Shown here one piece after another: positions 1-12,849 of a DNA stretch of 64,000 nt (its first letter is position 1; every line of letters starts with the position of its first letter). Made by a program: the position numbers and the translations under genes. This DNA comes from the human T2T-CHM13v2.0 reference genome, Homo sapiens: assembly GCF_009914755.1 (NCBI RefSeq), contig NC_060933.1; one strand, written 5' to 3'. The notes under the pieces are model-generated. The model made no database searches. It was given only the letters and a program-made list of their open reading frames with translations, and was not told where the DNA came from.

Positions 1-16
1 TCCTGTGAAGAATCAG
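1..16 (+). CDS. CTSL: CTSL exon 4, 3' end (...PVKNQ); cut by window edge
   Basis: cct gtg aag aat cag|GTGAGA donor at 17; continues in frame into the exon at 205. Confidence 0.9.
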
Positions 17-204
17 GTGAGACAGTGTCAGGTTCAGACCTCCCATCTTCCCAGGAAAGCCAAGAAGTGATTGACATCTTTGTTTTGGTAGACTTTAAAG
101 TGATGTACAGTTCACTTTTTAACAGTATTCAGATGTGTGAGCTGTTGTCAAAGTCTTATTATTTTTTTTTTGTGGATGACAGCTTTTTTTAATTCCCTTT
201 TCAG

Positions 205-429
205 GGTCAGTGTGGTTCTTGTTGGGCTTTTAGTGCTACTGGTGCTCTTGAAGGACAGATGTTCCGGAAAACTGGGAGGCTTATCTCACTGAGTGAGCAG
301 AATCTGGTAGACTGCTCTGGGCCTCAAGGCAATGAAGGCTGCAATGGTGGCCTAATGGATTATGCTTTCCAGTATGTTCAGGATAATGGAGGCCTGGACT
401 CTGAGGAATCCTATCCATATGAGGCAACA
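205..429 (+). CDS. CTSL: CTSL exon 5 ([24 protein letters not shown]...YPYEAT), contains catalytic Cys
   Basis: ttttcAG acceptor (203-204), 225 nt open frame with papain QCGSCWAFS motif, GTAAGT donor at 430. Confidence 0.98.
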
Positions 430-523
430 GTAAGTGGAGCTCCTTGTCATCATTCCAGCTCAGCTTTTGGAAGGTGGACACTTTCAGAGATAACAGATAC
501 CTTTTTCGGAATTCATATATTAG

Positions 524-799
524 GGCTGGGTGGGGTGGCTCACGCCTGTAATCCCAGCCCTTTAGGAGGCTGAGCCAGGCAGATGGCTTAAGCTCAGGAG
601 TTTGAGACCAGCCTGGGCAACAAGGTGAAACCTTGACTCTATCAAAAATACAACGAAAATTAGCCGGCTGTGGTGGTGTGCGTCTGTGGTCCCAGCTATG
701 CTGAGGTAGGGCGATTGCTTGAGTGTGGGAGGTGGTTGTGCAAATGCACTCTCCAGTCTGAGTGACAGAATGAGACCCTGTCTCCAAAAAAAAAAAAAA
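524..799 (+). mobile_element. AluJ-type SINE with deleted right arm, in CTSL intron 5
   Basis: ggctggg...tggctcacgcctgtaatcccagc, poly-A 786-799, imperfect TSD gaattcatatattag/aagttcacatattag. Confidence 0.9.
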
Positions 800-1192
800 G
801 TTCACATATTAGATGGCAGAATATATATCTGCAAATTGTCAGTACTGTCATTATAAATTATTAGCCTTTGCACAATCCTGTGATTAGATGGGTAACATAT
901 AGCTGTTCTTGCTTCTATGTAACGTGAAGAATATACAAGCCATTCTAAATATACACATTTCTCTATTGTGAAAAATGTCTTATGGAAGTAAACCCAGAGG
1001 TCTCATTGAAGAGACTGGAGTCAATTTTCAGTTTCAGATTAACTAATAGCATTTCACTTCCTGGGATGATTTATAACAGTGGTGACTTGGAAATACTAAG
1101 CTGCACACTGCTGAGTGTTGTGGTTCTAACTCATGTTCTCCAGGAGGAGGACAGCAGTAATCAAGTCTTTTTTTTCCCTTTACCTTTGAAAG

Positions 1193-1355
1193 GAAGAATC
1201 CTGTAAGTACAATCCCAAGTATTCTGTTGCTAATGACACCGGCTTTGTGGACATCCCTAAGCAGGAGAAGGCCCTGATGAAGGCAGTTGCAACTGTGGGG
1301 CCCATTTCTGTTGCTATTGATGCAGGTCATGAGTCCTTCCTGTTCTATAAAGAAG
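1193..1355 (+). CDS. CTSL: CTSL exon 6 ([18 protein letters not shown]...SFLFYKE)
   Basis: Pyrimidine tract + AG at 1191-1192, 163 nt, GTAAGC donor at 1356; includes NDT glycosylation sequon. Confidence 0.97.
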
Positions 1356-2000
1356 GTAAGCATATTTTTCTTTGTAGAAATTGATGCAGAAAAAGAGTAT
1401 CATGACATACGAGCATGATAGACTCTGGTTTGCAAGTAAAGTTCAGTGTAGATATTTAGGTGCTTAGCATCATAGTTGTTCATTCTGTACATGCAATATT
1501 TATACCTGATGTTTCCATTTGACATTATGTTGCGTATATCTCCATGAATATAAGTACTTCATAACTTTTTATAAATAGCTATATTTACTGTGTAGTTTAA
1601 TATACTTAAAATATTCTGCAATTGTTGGATTTTTATAATTTTTCCAAAGATTTTTACTTCTATTATTAAATCCGAAAAGAGCCTTTTGATTCAAGGATTT
1701 TAGTGTTCTGTGCTATTTTTTTAGATTGATATCCTAGAGTAGAATTACAAGCTTACAAAGAGGGGTCTTTTTTTCCTCTAGGAAAGCTTTTTTTTAATGA
1801 AGGATTTATGCTGATTTCTATTTCTGCTAGTTGTAAATGAGAGCTTAAATCCCTGGCCTTCTTATTGTTGTTAAGTACTATCTGGAATGTGTGTCACTTC
1901 ACTGAATTCAGAGATGCCTCATTCCCTGTGGGTGACAGGATGGGTTACTGTCATGTGTCCTCTGGAGCTTCTCACCCCAGCCCTCATTTTACCATCCCAG

Positions 2001-2118
2001 GCATTTATTTTGAGCCAGACTGTAGCAGTGAAGACATGGATCATGGTGTGCTGGTGGTTGGCTACGGATTTGAAAGCACAGAATCAGATAACAATAAATA
2101 TTGGCTGGTGAAGAACAG
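2001..2118 (+). CDS. CTSL: CTSL exon 7 ([23 protein letters not shown]...YWLVKN), catalytic His and Asn
   Basis: cccAG acceptor, 118 nt, GT donor at 2119; [10 protein letters not shown] and WLVKNS motifs. Confidence 0.97.
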
Positions 2119-2627
2119 GTATAAATTGCCAGAAATACTTACATTTGAAATTCAAAAGAGAATACTTATTTGCAAACAGTGTTTGGATACAGTTCCACAT
2201 GCCCTTAGGCATACTTCTGAAATCCCCAGAAGTCTAAGTTGAACATATAATATTAATGTTTGATTATAAAAGTAAGAAACTGTCACAAATATCTTGGGAG
2301 TATGAATATAGTCTTTGTTCCATTGTATAAAGGTGTATCTAAATCTGAACAGTTTTTAAATTCTGAGGCATATCTGGCTGCAAAGACATCCTATTGTTTT
2401 CCTGTCTCTGATCTGTAGTTCTGTGAAAGGTCACAGTTTGGAGGCTGGGATGGAAATTATGTCCAGGTTATGTCAAGAATTTTTTAAGGATAAACAGGAA
2501 CATTGCCTGTCCTGATTCTTTCTGTTAAGTCTATGGCCTCTGGCACAGTGTTTAAGTTGGGTGTTCCTGTTAATAACCCTTTGGGCTTTATTCTTTCTCT
2601 GAAATGGAAAACCTGCTCTTTTTTCAG

Positions 2628-2727
2628 CTGGGGTGAAGAATGGGGCATGGGTGGCTACGTAAAGATGGCCAAAGACCGGAGAAACCATTGTGGAATTGCC
2701 TCAGCAGCCAGCTACCCCACTGTGTGA
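2628..2727 (+). CDS. CTSL: CTSL exon 8 coding part ([33 protein letters not shown])
   Basis: ttttcAG acceptor (2626-2627), TGA at 2725-2727; matches cathepsin L C-terminus. Confidence 0.97.
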
Positions 2728-3080
2728 GCTGGTGGACGGTGATGAGGAAGGACTTGACTGGGGATGGCGCATGCATGGGAGGAATTCATCTTCAGTCTAC
2801 CAGCCCCCGCTGTGTCGGATACACACTCGAATCATTGAAGATCCGAGTGTGATTTGAATTCTGTGATATTTTCACACTGGTAAATGTTACCTCTATTTTA
2901 ATTACTGCTATAAATAGGTTTATATTATTGATTCACTTACTGACTTTGCATTTTCGTTTTTAAAAGGATGTATAAATTTTTACCTGTTTAAATAAAATTT
3001 AATTTCAAATGTAGTGGTGGGGCTTCTTTCTATTTTTGATGCACTGAATTTTTGTGTAATAAAGAACATAATTGGGCTCT
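2728..3080 (+). terminator. CTSL: CTSL 3' UTR with two AATAAA polyadenylation signals (2991-2996, 3058-3063)
   Basis: AATAAA hexamers seen; GT/T-rich sequence follows the first; cleavage sites inferred. Confidence 0.75.
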
Positions 3081-4394
3081 AAGCCATAACTGCTGTGCCA
3101 GTGGCTCACTAGGAGGAAGAGTGGGTGGCCTTCTGGGTCTTCTAGTCACAGATGTACAGATCTCATGTCAGCTGCCCAGTGGCTATGTCTTAACCAATCC
3201 TTGATTGCAGCAAAATTTGAAAATGATCTATGAGGACAAAGGAAAATTGTTTGAATAAAGAAAAATATTCACTTTTTAGAAAAGTGAACATACATATATA
3301 TAATTTTAATACTAGAAAAGGACTTTAGTGATCGTGTTTATTTCACCCAAAGTGGTTGCATCTCAGTCAAGTTACAGGGCAAAGGTCTCAGCCTGTTTCT
3401 GGAGCATCTTCGCCCACTGCTGGTGAAGGCCCTGTGGACACTTTGCAGTCAAGGTGGGTTAAGAACTAGTGCATTGCCAAGGCTGTTTGTTTTTGGGTCC
3501 TCAAGGGATGAGGAATAAACTTCAGGGTTTGAGGCTGGGGTTCAGAAGTGGTGCTCTGGCCTCAGAAAATAAAAGACAAGTGAGAGGCTAGAAATGACAA
3601 TCTGTTGCCCTATTTAGAGCAAGCTACCTGAAAATACCTGATTTATTTTTTTTTAAATAGAAAAACTTCCCACATCGCACTAGCTAAACAGCCCATACTT
3701 CCATCACCTGTGTGTTTTCAGAAGTCTCTTGTTCCAACTGAAGGAAATATAAAGAACAGATGAGAATGTCCAATGAATAGACTCCATATCACAGAGGAGG
3801 GTAACCAGGTGTACAATGGAGTCTCAGCTTACAAAGCCCCCGGGAGGTTCTGTCCAAGTCCATCTCGATTGGACCACATGCCTTGCTGGACTCTCATGTG
3901 CCCTTCCCGAGTAGTTGCTAAAATTTCAAACTTTTTGACCTAAAATGGCAAATGTGGCATCTGTGAAATTCTTTGGGTATTGTAATAAAAGTCACCAGGG
4001 GTAGCAAGATTTGGGGAGGTTCCCAGGCTAAATCCCTCGTGCAGGTTGGGGCTTAGATTTGATAAACTGGAATTTATATACAACACCCACTACATGCTGG
4101 TCATCACCACTGTGGAAGAGACAGACCCTGACCTCAAGGAGCTGAACAGTTAGGTAGAGTGAGGTTAGCAGGGAGGGCTTCCAGGAAGAAGTTAAAGCAG
4201 ATGGCTAGAGCAGCTAGTCAATAAGGGAAGATGAAGAGGTGAGCATCTTAGCAGAGACTAGCACATCAGCAACCCTGAGAAAAGACCCTGTGGTTACAGA
4301 CCCAGTAAAAGTCACTGGGTCCAGGTGTTGGGAGATGAAGCTGGTCAAGAGGTAGATTTTCAGGATAAAGGAGCCACTGGGAGTGCAGTGAACA

Positions 4395-4680
4395 GACTGT
4401 TTTGGTTCTGTTACTGTAAAACAAACCACCCAGAAACCCAATGGCTGGGAAGGAACATCTTTCACATGATTCTGCCTGGACTTGGCTATGTGGTTTTCAC
4501 GTGGAGGTCTATATCTGTGCTTGAGACATCTGCAGGTTTGAGTGAACTGGACATCTGCAAAGGCTCACTCACATGGCTGGCTGCAGATGCTGGTGCTGGC
4601 TGGACGTTCAACTTGGGCTATTGACCAGAGCACCTGCCCGGGGCCTCCCCATGGCTTGGGCTTCCCACAGCATTGATACT
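4395..4680. mobile_element. Degenerate MaLR (MLT1-like) LTR fragment
   Basis: MLT1-like motifs (gtaaaacaaaccacccag, ggctcactcacatggctgg, ggcctccccatggcttgggcttcccacagcat). Confidence 0.45.
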
Positions 4681-6420
4681 GGGGGAAATACATATATAGT
4701 GCAATTCAGTGTTTTAAGTTTGCCAACTTGGAAGGTGTATATATACAGCTTTAAACCCTGAATTTCACAAATGTTCATGATTATCTCTTTGTTAATAAGT
4801 TAATAAGAAAAATAATTTCCAGGAGACTTGGTCTCTTTTCTCCAGTAATACAGCTTAAACATTCCATAATTCACATGTTTAAGATTGTTTTATTTACACT
4901 TTCAACAAGTATTCATTGGGCACCATTTATGAGGCAGTGCTGTGCTGCCAACACAAAAGTGAAGCAAATACTCATGACCCCTTCCTCTGTAGCTCATGTT
5001 CCCATTGAAAAATCAAAGCCTGGCACAGACCCATGGGTAAGTGCAGCACTAGGGAGGTCTCAAAGGAGCCCAGGGACAGTCAGGGCACACACCAGGGACA
5101 GGCCACCCTCCACGGTCAGAGTAGGTATAAGCAGGGGCCATCTGATCCCAATTTCAAGCGTTCATAGCTGTCATATCTTGGAAAAGGCATGAGAGGGCAG
5201 TTTCTCTTTGCGCTGTATTATTTCAATTTTTAGGTAATGGACCTTCATTATTTTCACAAGATAACAGATTCCAAAAGTATGCAGTTCAAGAAAAAAGTTA
5301 AAGAATTGACAAGAAGGAGGAGGAGGAAGAGGTGGAGAAACAGAGGGTCCTTAGATAACTTGATGAAGGCGAGTCTCCCATTTGGGGACTGATGTTCCTG
5401 AGATCTGTGCAGATGCTGCTCAGAGGGTCCATCACACAGCACAGGCGTGGGGAAGCAGCACTGCCCAGCTGGACTCCAGGGTGCTCCATGCACCTCTCAG
5501 TCACACAGAACCTCTCTGAGGATGGTGGCTGTTGGCTCCAATTGACCATTCCCTGGCAAGAGAAACAGGGAGGGGGGTTTGCTAAGCGCTTAAGGAGGGA
5601 TGGACAATGAGGGGATAGACCAGGGACAGTGTTCTAATGAGACTGCTTTAGTGAGGACGCAGAGTGACTCTGCTCAGAACTCCAGAACACTTGCTCCCTT
5701 CAGCTGCCCCACTCCCCACAACCATGCACACTCCCCTCATCCCAACCTGGGGCAGCATGTTGAGCACTTAACAGAACTGCCATTTCTGTGGCTTTTTCAT
5801 CCCTTTCCTTTTCCTCCATATTCAGGAAGAACAACAGATTACTAATCACCCACACTCAGGGAAGTCCAATATAAGTAGGAGCAAGAGCAAATCCCGAGCT
5901 TTGGGTCGTTAATTCTTCTGAAAAACCATAGCAGAGACTTCCTGTTTCCATTACAACGTGGAAGGAGTTTTGAAGTTGTAACCATCCACTCACAAGTAAA
6001 AAGCTGAACAAATTGAAAAATCAACAACTCTTCTTAGAATCATCAGACAAGTGAAGACACACAGCAAACCACTGCCTTAATAATTAGAGAAATGAATGTC
6101 AAGAATCACAGCTTACAGAAGGAGAAATTTATGAGCAGAGATTTCCACAGGAACAAGTGCTTAGTAAGGAAAACCAAGCTGTAACTGAGGAATTGCCACA
6201 GGTCCATGTGGACAAGTCTGAGAGTTAAAATTCTAGGAGTTGTGCCTTAGAGGGGCTCCTCAAGTTGTAGAGCTCCAATAGCTCTACCAGGTTCTCAAAG
6301 TAGAAATCTAAGACAAATTCCCTCATGATTCAGGTATGTGTGGTGGGGCGGGAGGGGGCGTCATGATTTGAAAATATGCCAGAGCATTCTGTTCTTCTTA
6401 ACGAGGCCTCTCCTCAAGAA

Positions 6421-6424
<4 letters not shown>

Positions 6425-6466
<42 letters not shown>

Positions 6467-6788
6467 AGACGGAGTCTTGCCCTGTCTCCCAGGCTGGAGT
6501 GCAGTGGTGCGGTCTCGGCTCACTGTAACCTCTGCCTACCGGTTTCAAGGGATTATCATGTCTCAGCCTCCTGAGTAGCTAGGATTAGAGGCGCGCGCCA
6601 CCACACTTAGCAAATTTTTGTATTTTTAGTAGAGACAGAGTTTGACCGGGCTTAGTAGAGCTTAGTTTGACCGGGCTTTAGTAGAGACATGTTGGCCGGG
6701 CTGGTCTTGAAGTCCTGACCTCAAGTGATTCTCCCATCCTGGCTTCCCAAAGTGCTGGGATTACAGGCATGAGCCACCACGCTTAGCC
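6425..6788 (-). mobile_element. AluS-type SINE with ~41-nt T tail and an internal ~40-nt insertion
   Basis: T-run 6425-6465 then gagacggagtcttgc...gagccaccacgcttagcc. Confidence 0.9.
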
Positions 6789-7361
6789 ATTTTTTTTTTT
6801 TAAGTCAAAGCTGACCTATTGGGGTTTCATCAAAACCTAACTGAACTGGGGGATGGAAATACCCAGCTGCAGCCTGCTTCAGCCTTCCATATGGAGAAGG
6901 GTAATAATCAACTCCAGTTCACTCTAGCCATCCTGTCTCACCTAAAAATGGAAAACCCGAGAAGCACTTGTGAATTCCACAGCCCAGGGACATGGTTAGG
7001 TTGATTAAAAGACTGCGACCCACTCATAGGACTAAGGAATACTTCTCCTCCCTCTACATATTTCCAGCGCATTCCCAAAGGCTTATTTACCAGTGTTTCT
7101 TTTACCTGGTACACCATAACCCTCTTTCTAAAGAATATTAAAAGCTATACTAAAAGGCAAAAGTCACAACTAGAAGAGGCAAAGCAAGCATCAGAACCAG
7201 AATCAGATATGTCATGAATGTCAGAAACATCAGACCAGGAATTTAAAATAACTATGACTATTATGATAAGGGCTAATAGATCAAATGACAACATGCAACA
7301 ACAGACAGAGAAGGTAGAGAGTAAGTGGAAAATTCCAAGCATCCAAAAGTCATGCTAATTC

Positions 7362-7657
7362 GGCCGGGCGCGGGGGCTCACGCCTGTAATCCCAGCACTT
7401 TGGGAGGCCGAGGTGGGTGGATCACGAGGTCAGGAGATCGAGACCATCCTGGCTAACACGGTGAAACCCCTGTCTCTACTAAAAATACAAAAAATTAGCC
7501 AGGCGTGGTAGTGGGCCCCTGTGGTCCCAGCTACTCGGGAGGCTGAGGCAGGGGAATGAACCCAGGAGGCAGAGCTTGCAGTGAGCCAAGATCGCACCAC
7601 TGCACTCCAGCCTGGGCAACAGAGCAAGACTCCGTCTCAAAAAAAAAAAAAAAAAAA
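7362..7657 (+). mobile_element. AluY/Sc-type SINE
   Basis: ggccgggcgcgg...ggatcacgaggtcaggagatcgagaccatcctggctaacacgg; TSD aaaagt(c/a)atgctaattc. Confidence 0.93.
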
Positions 7658-8913
7658 GTAATGCTAATTCTTAGCAAACTAGTAATGGAGGGGAACTTCC
7701 TCTCCTTGATAAATAACATCTATAACAAACCTGTAGATAACGTGATTTTGACAAAATAAAATCTTTATTACTAAGATCAGGAGCAAGGCAAAAATGTCCC
7801 CTTTCACCACTCCTTTTCAGCATAGTACTGGAAGTCTTAGATAATGCAATAAAACATGAAAAATAAATATATGTCTATAGATTAGCAAGGAAGAAATAAA
7901 ATTGTCTTTGTTTGCAGATGACCTAGAGAATCCAGAAGAATCAACAAAAACCTGTTGGAACTAATAAGTGGTTACAGCAAGGTTCTAGGATACAAGATTA
8001 ATGTCCAAAAGTCATTTCCTTTCCTATATATCGGCAATGAACAAGTGGAATTTGAAATTAAAACACAATACCATTTATGCAAGCACCACACAAATGAAAT
8101 AATTAGGTATCAATCTAACAACAAATGTATAAGATTTATATGAGGAAAATGACAAAACCCTAATGAAACAAATCAAAGAGCTAAAAAGATATCTCATGTT
8201 AATTAATAAGAAGACTCAATATTAGCAGGACTTTATTTTTTTTCCCATTTCATTTATAGACTCTGCAATTTCAATCAAAATTCTTGCAATTAGTTTGGCA
8301 ATTAGTTCTGCTGTTTGCAGAACAAACTGATTCTAAATTTGTTATGGAGAGGTAGGAATCTAGAATAACTAACACAACACTGAAGGAGAACAAATTCAGA
8401 GGACATAGACTGCAGGGTTTCCAGACTTCCTATAAAGCTACAATAAACAAAAAAGAATGATTTTGGAGAATGAATAGACAAATCATCCATGGGACAAAAG
8501 TGAGCTCAGAAACAGACCCACGTAAATATAGTCAACTGATCTTTTACTAAGGAGCAAAGGCAATACAATGAAGAAAAGATAGTCTTTTTTTTTTTGCTGG
8601 AACAACTTGGCATCCACTTTCAAAAACATGAATCTAGACACAGACATTTCATGCTTCACAAAATTAATATAGATCATACATCCAAATGTAAAACACCAAA
8701 CTATAAAACTCTTAGAGGATAACATAGGAGGAAATCTAGATTACCTTGGGTATGGCGATGGCTTTTTAGATATAATACTAAAGTACAATCCATGAAATAA
8801 ATAATTGATAAGTTGGACTTTAGTAGAATTAAAAACTACTCCATGAAAGACAGTCAAGAGAATAATCAGACAAACCACTGACTGGGAGAAAATATTTGCA
8901 AAAGAAACATCTG

Positions 8914-9229
<316 letters not shown>

Positions 9230-9242
9230 AAAGAAACATCTG

Positions 9243-10350
9243 ACAATACCATTCAGGACATAGGCACGGGCAGAGATTTCATAATGAAAACATCAAAAGC
9301 AATTGCAACAAGAGCAAAACTTGACAAATGGGATCTAATTAAACTAAAGAGCTTCTGCACAGTAAAAGAAACTATCATCAGAGTAAACAGACAACCTACA
9401 GAGTGGGAGAAAATTTTTGCAATCTATCCATATGCCAAAGGTCTAATATCCAGAATGTTTGAAGAACTTAAACAAATTTACAAGAAAAAACTAACAACCC
9501 CATTAAAAAGTGGGCAAAGGACATGAACAGATATTTCTCAAAAGAAGACATTGATGCAGCCAACAAACATATGAAAAAAAGCTCAACATCGCTGATCATT
9601 AGAGAAATGCAAATCAAAATCACAATGAGATATCATCTCATGCCAGTTGGAATGGCGATTATCAAAAAGTCAAGAAACAACAGACTCTGGCGAGGCTGTG
9701 GAGAAATAGGAACACTTTTACACTGTTGGTTGGAATGTAAATTAGTTCAACCATTGTGGAAGACAGTGTGGCGATTCCTCAAAGATCTAGAACCAGAAAT
9801 ACCATTTGACCCAGCAATCCCATTACCTACCGGGTATATACCCCCCAAAATATAAATCATTCTATTATAAAGATACATGCATGCATATGTTCACTGCAGC
9901 ACTATTCACAACAGCAAAGACATGGAATCAACTCAAATGCCCACCAATGATAGGCTGGATTAAAAAAAGTTGTACATATACATCATGGAATACTATACAG
10001 CCATAAAAAGGAATGAGATCACATCCTTTGCAGGGACATGGATGAAGCTGGAAGCCATTATCCTTAGCAAACTAGCACAAGAACAGAAAACCAAACACTG
10101 CATGTTCTCACTTATAAGTGTGAGCTGAACAATGAGAACACACGGTCACAGGGAGGAGAGCAACTCACAACGGGGCCTGTCAGGGGGGTGGGAGGAGGGA
10201 GAGCATCAGAAAGAATAGCTAACGGATTCTGGGTTTAATACCTAGGTGATCAGTTGATAGGTGCAGCAAACCACCATGGTACACATTTACCTATGTAACA
10301 AACCTGCACATCCTGCACATGAATCCCATAACTTAAAATAAAATAAAACT
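9243..10350 (+). mobile_element. 5'-truncated L1PA (ORF2 C-terminus + 3' UTR + A-tail)
   Basis: [39 protein letters not shown], frameshifted; L1PA 3' UTR ends ...acttaaaataaaataaaa. Confidence 0.9.
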
Positions 10351-10373
10351 TTTTAAAAAAGGAAATAAATATA

Positions 10374-10660
10374 GGCTAGGCACGGTGGCTCACGCCTATA
10401 ATCCCAGCACTTTGGGAGGCCAAGGCAGGTGGATCACATGAGGTCAGGAGTTTGAGACCAGCCTAGCCAACATGATGAAACCCCATCTCTACTAAAAATA
10501 CAAAAAATTAGCCAGGTGTGGTTGTGGGCACCTTTAATCCCGGCTACTCCAGGGGCTGAGGCAGGAGAATTGCTTGAACTAACTCAGGAGGTGGAGGTTG
10601 CAGTGAGCCGAGACAGTGCCACTGCATTCCAGCCTGGGCAGCAAGAGTGAAACTCCATCT

Positions 10661-10693
<33 letters not shown>

Positions 10694-10695
10694 TA
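10374..10695 (+). mobile_element. AluS-type SINE
   Basis: Alu dimer with A/GAAAA tail. Confidence 0.9.
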
Positions 10696-11110
10696 TAAAA
10701 AGGGCTCTCGAAATTCAGCCATAAGAAGAACAACCCAATTACATAATGGACAATTGTCTTGAACAGACACTTTACCAAATATATGGGTGGCAAATGAGCA
10801 TATGAAGAGATGCTCCATGTCATATTTCATCATGGAGATGCCAATGAAAACAACAATGAGATACCACTACACACATACCGTGATGGCCAAAATCCAAAAC
10901 ACCAACAATGCCAAATATTGGTGAGGATGTGGAGGAAAGAAAGTCTCATTTATCGCTGTTTGGAATGCAAAATGGTACAACCTTTTTGGAAGACAGTTTG
11001 GAAGTTTTTTAAAAAAATAAATCTTAACATACTCTTACCACACAATCCAGCAATCCCACTCATTAGTATTTACCCAAATGAATTGAAAACTGTGTCCACA
11101 CAAAAACCTG

Positions 11111-11555
11111 TATAATGGTGAGTGGTGACTATCTGGGCCATGGCACAGGTGGTAAAAGAATTTACCAAGGCAATTGTAGGTAAAGAAAGGCAGATTTACT
11201 AGAGAAAGTAGGAACACATGTTGCAAGGGTGCAACAGGCAGGGCAGCAAGAGAGGAGCTGACTGCCAGGAGACAAAAGCTTACCACGGATTTTGTGGAAT
11301 GGTGTTTGTGCTGGGTGCTGAAGTGGGCTTTGTGCAGTGCTGATAACGCCAAAATTGCAGTGAGCTCATTTGCATTTTTCTATCAGCCAAGGGTCTGGTG
11401 ATAGCTGGGTGCAGGAAGATTGTAAGTTATTTGTGCAGGAGGACTGTGCGTCCTGGACCATGAAGAAAAGGCAAACTCATAGCTTATCTGCTTTCTTTTT
11501 TTGCTTTCCCTCCATCCTGCCAGCCTGACTACCCTTTCCCAATTAGGACTCCACA
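11111..11555 (-). mobile_element. ERV1 solo LTR (MER83-like) inserted in L1M
   Basis: Reverse strand starts tgtggagtcctaattgggaaagggtagtcaggctgg; near-TSD acctg/atctg; L1 resumes on both sides; family name from memory. Confidence 0.65.
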
Positions 11556-12849
11556 ATCTGCACAAGAGCATTTATAACAGCTGTATTCATAATTGCCCAA
11601 ACTTGGAAGTAATCAAGAAGTCCTTCAGTAAGTGAATGGATAAATAAATGTAGTAAATCCAGCCAATGAAATATTATTCAGCCATAAAAAGAAATGAGTT
11701 CTTAAGTCATGAAAAGATATGAAGGAAACTTAAATGTGTATTACTAATGAAAGAATCCAGGCTACATACTGTATTCCAACTATATATCTTTCTGGAAAAG
11801 GCAAAACTATGGAAACAGTGAAATCATCAATCGTTGCCAGAGATTAGGAAGTAGGAAGGGCTGAATAGGGAGTGCACGGAAGATTTTTAGGTCAGTGAAA
11901 CTATTCTGTGTGATACTATAATGGTGAATCCATGTCCTCATACATTTGTCAAAACCCATCGAATGCACAACACCAAGAGTGAACCCTAGTGTTTATTATG
12001 AACTTTGGATGATAATGGTGAGTCACTGTAGGTTCTTGGACTGTAGGAAATGGACTACTCTGGTGCATATGTTGATAGTGGTGGAGGAGGAGAGGTTGTA
12101 GGGGTTTGGAGAAGAAGGGCATGGAACTTCCTGTTCTTTCCACCCAATTTTGATAGGAACAAAACTTAGCTCTTAAAAATTATGTTTATTAATTTTAAAA
12201 ACAAACAAAGAATACCTAATTTTTTTACAAATTGCTCTAATTTCATAGAATTGCACATTAAAAATATGAGATACTACACAAAAGAAATTATAGCAGTGCT
12301 TTAGACAGGAAAGGGGCATGAGAGAACTTTCTGGAATAACAGTAAGTTGTATGTCTTGATAGGGACTTGGGTCGTACTGATATATGCAATTGTCAAAACT
12401 CAAAGAACATACACCTCAGATTTGTGCATTTCAATCAATGTAAATTTTATGGTAAAACTAGGATTTTAAAACAAGTATTAAACCCTTGTTAATGATATGC
12501 GCGCTAAAGTATTTAGGAGGAAGCACCACCTGCAAATTTCTTGAAAACACGTGAAAAATAACATGAACTAATGGACAGATAGAGGCAAAAATAGATCTAC
12601 AGATGTGAATTAAAACAAAGATTAAAATGTTAATGATAAAATCTTGGAGGTAGATATATGGTATTCACTGTAAAAATTCTTTCAACTTTATTGTATGTTT
12701 GAATATTTGCATAATATAATGTTAGGGGAAAATTGCAGCAGAGATAATATTCTAAATAGCTAAAAAAAAATTTGACTTTCAGAAGACCAGACTCATTGAG
12801 AGCGAAAAAATTATTTTTGTTTTGTTGTTCGTTTGCTTGTTTTTTAATT

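Noticed and set aside
259-573. 104-aa ORF starting MFRKTG
   Set aside because: CTSL exon 5 read through its donor into intron and Alu; not an independent gene.
6425-7657. Oppositely oriented Alu pair downstream of CTSL as a dsRNA/editing substrate
   Set aside because: Over 3 kb beyond the poly-A signals; such pairs are ubiquitous and transcription cannot be supported here.
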